A stretch of 27,913 bases of DNA from a virus. The position numbers and the translations under genes were made by a program. Location of the stretch: UHGV virus genome UHGV-0785300; one strand, given 5' to 3'. This document shows, one piece after another, positions 26,816 to 27,913 of this stretch; the stretch's first letter is position 1; every line of letters begins with the position of its first letter. The notes under the pieces were generated by a model, which had not been told where the DNA came from, did no database searches, and saw only the letters and a list, made by a program, of their open reading frames with translations.

Positions 26816-26842
26816 ATTATAGCAACCCCTTCATCTATTGAA
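26816..26842 (-). promoter_or_regulatory. candidate promoter: TTCAATAG box, 13 nt, TATAAT
   Basis: Minus strand reads TTCAATAGatgaaggggttgcTATAAT about 30 nt upstream of the kinase ATG at 26785. Confidence 0.35.
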
Positions 26843-26860
26843 CAGTTTCTGAACTTAAAT

Positions 26861-27697
26861 TTACACAGCTTTCGCTTCAGCCAGAGCCTGTGGAAGCCAT
26901 TCATTGATCGCCTTAACCAGAGACTCAGCATCAGACTCTTTGATCTTCTGACGTTTGGTGAAGGACTTGCCGTTCACGTACAGACTGAAGCCCCAGCCAC
27001 CGGAAACGATAGGCGCAACGTCGACATACGTATTGGTGCGGGCGTGAAGGTTTTCAGGGTTAGCCAGTTCGGTGACCGGGAACTGGAACCAACGCATGTC
27101 TGGGTTCACGTAGCTCAGGAACACACCGGGGACAACACCAGCTTCAATCGCCGCCAAGACCGGACCGTGATTAGAAGCGCGAGCCACGTCAACCATTTCC
27201 TCACGTTTGGTGTGACGGCGTTTACGCTCTACCAGCGCCGCCTGTGGGGTCAGGGTCTTACCCTTCGATGCTTCTTTCAACATAGAAGACGCCAAGGAGC
27301 CGATTTTCGCGTCGGACGGCTGATTGCCTTCTTCCAGCGCCGCGTTGACTGCATCTTCAACCGCGTCTACCGGGGCGTCGGACACTGGGGCTTCACATGC
27401 ATCGGCAGAGATCGGTGCTTCAGCATCAACGGTTTCAGCGACTTTCAGGGATACTTCAGCTTGGGCTTGCTCTTGGGCTTGCGCCAGAGCCTGCTGAGTT
27501 TCTTCCTTCTCTTCGGCGCTCAGACCTTCAATCAGTTCGAAGCCGTTGGCAGCCTGAAGAACACCTTCAACCATACGGCGCAGGGTAACGTTTCCGATGA
27601 TCAGACCTGCTTCTTTGATTTCAGCCTGGATAGCCGCAACGTCTTTGCCTTCAATTTCAATTTTGGTTCCAGAATCCACATGAAGAATATATGACAT
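26861..27697 (-). CDS. hypothetical two-domain protein with acidic Ala/Glu/Gln-rich linker (278 aa)
   Basis: Clear ATG ORF; low-complexity central region (EEKEETQQALAQAQEQAQAE...DAEAPISADACEAPVSDAPVDAVEDAV) between two globular-looking segments. Confidence 0.45.
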   Translation of the reverse strand: MSYILHVDSGTKIEIEGKDVAAIQAEIKEAGLIIGNVTLRRMVEGVLQAANGFELIEGLSAEEKEETQQALAQAQEQAQAEVSLKVAETVDAEAPISADACEAPVSDAPVDAVEDAVNAALEEGNQPSDAKIGSLASSMLKEASKGKTLTPQAALVERKRRHTKREEMVDVARASNHGPVLAAIEAGVVPGVFLSYVNPDMRWFQFPVTELANPENLHARTNTYVDVAPIVSGGWGFSLYVNGKSFTKRQKIKESDAESLVKAINEWLPQALAEAKAV

Positions 27698-27767
27698 AAT
27701 AAAAACCCTTTCGTTATTAAGACCGTATCCGCGGCATATTGTTGTTCTGACTGTGTAGTGAGAACAT

Positions 27768-27795
27768 AATATACTGCATTTTCATAGATGTAAAC
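27768..27795 (-). promoter_or_regulatory. possible sigma70-type early promoter (GTTTAC, 16 nt, TATATT)
   Basis: Read on the minus strand about 70 nt upstream of the ATG at 27697; the -35 resembles the T4 early-promoter GTTTAC. Confidence 0.25.
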
Positions 27796-27913
27796 TACTT
27801 TTTATTGAAAAGAAAGTTAACACCTTAGTGTTATAAGGTGCGCGACCAAGCGGAGCGCGAACTTGCGTGAATATTAACTTTCTACGTCAATATAGAAAAA
27901 CCATTTCCGGTGG

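Noticed and set aside
1-27913. CRISPR arrays, rRNA genes, integrase/transposase or homing-endonuclease genes, group I introns
   Set aside because: No direct-repeat/spacer periodicity, no rRNA-like conserved segments, and no recombinase or GIY-YIG/HNH motifs were seen in any sizeable ORF; the window is uninterrupted phage operons.

Overview
The window reads as a densely packed segment of a large virulent dsDNA phage with a T4-type replication/recombination core. About 50 ORFs sit in four strand blocks (+ 184..7996, - 7993..8607, + 8658..13535, - 13536..27697), mostly joined by ATGA/TAATG start-stop overlaps. From motif-level reading I recognise a GyrA-like topoisomerase II subunit, dCMP deaminase, ATP-dependent DNA ligase, gp41-type helicase, UvsX recombinase, gp1-type dNMP kinase, and a gp48/gp54-family baseplate protein with neighbouring structural ORFs. 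The most interesting region is a translationally coupled nucleotide-metabolism operon (about 23.4-26.8 kb, minus strand): a thymidylate-synthase-fold pyrimidine hydroxymethylase with a C-terminal extension, a second P-loop kinase, a gp56-like dNTP pyrophosphatase and the dNMP kinase. Together with the dCMP deaminase this looks like a base (probably 5-hydroxymethyl-pyrimidine) DNA hypermodification pathway. Other notable items are a macro-domain protein, a PspA/IM30-like coiled-coil protein among small membrane proteins, a recurring promoter-like motif (TTCAATAR, 12-14 nt, TATAAT) before three minus-strand genes, and GC-rich intercistronic hairpins. No rRNA, tRNA, CRISPR array or transposase/integrase was seen. 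All functional calls rest on remembered family motifs and synteny, not database searches. Most small ORFs remain hypothetical, and the assignment to a T4-related/Ackermannviridae-like phage is an inference.
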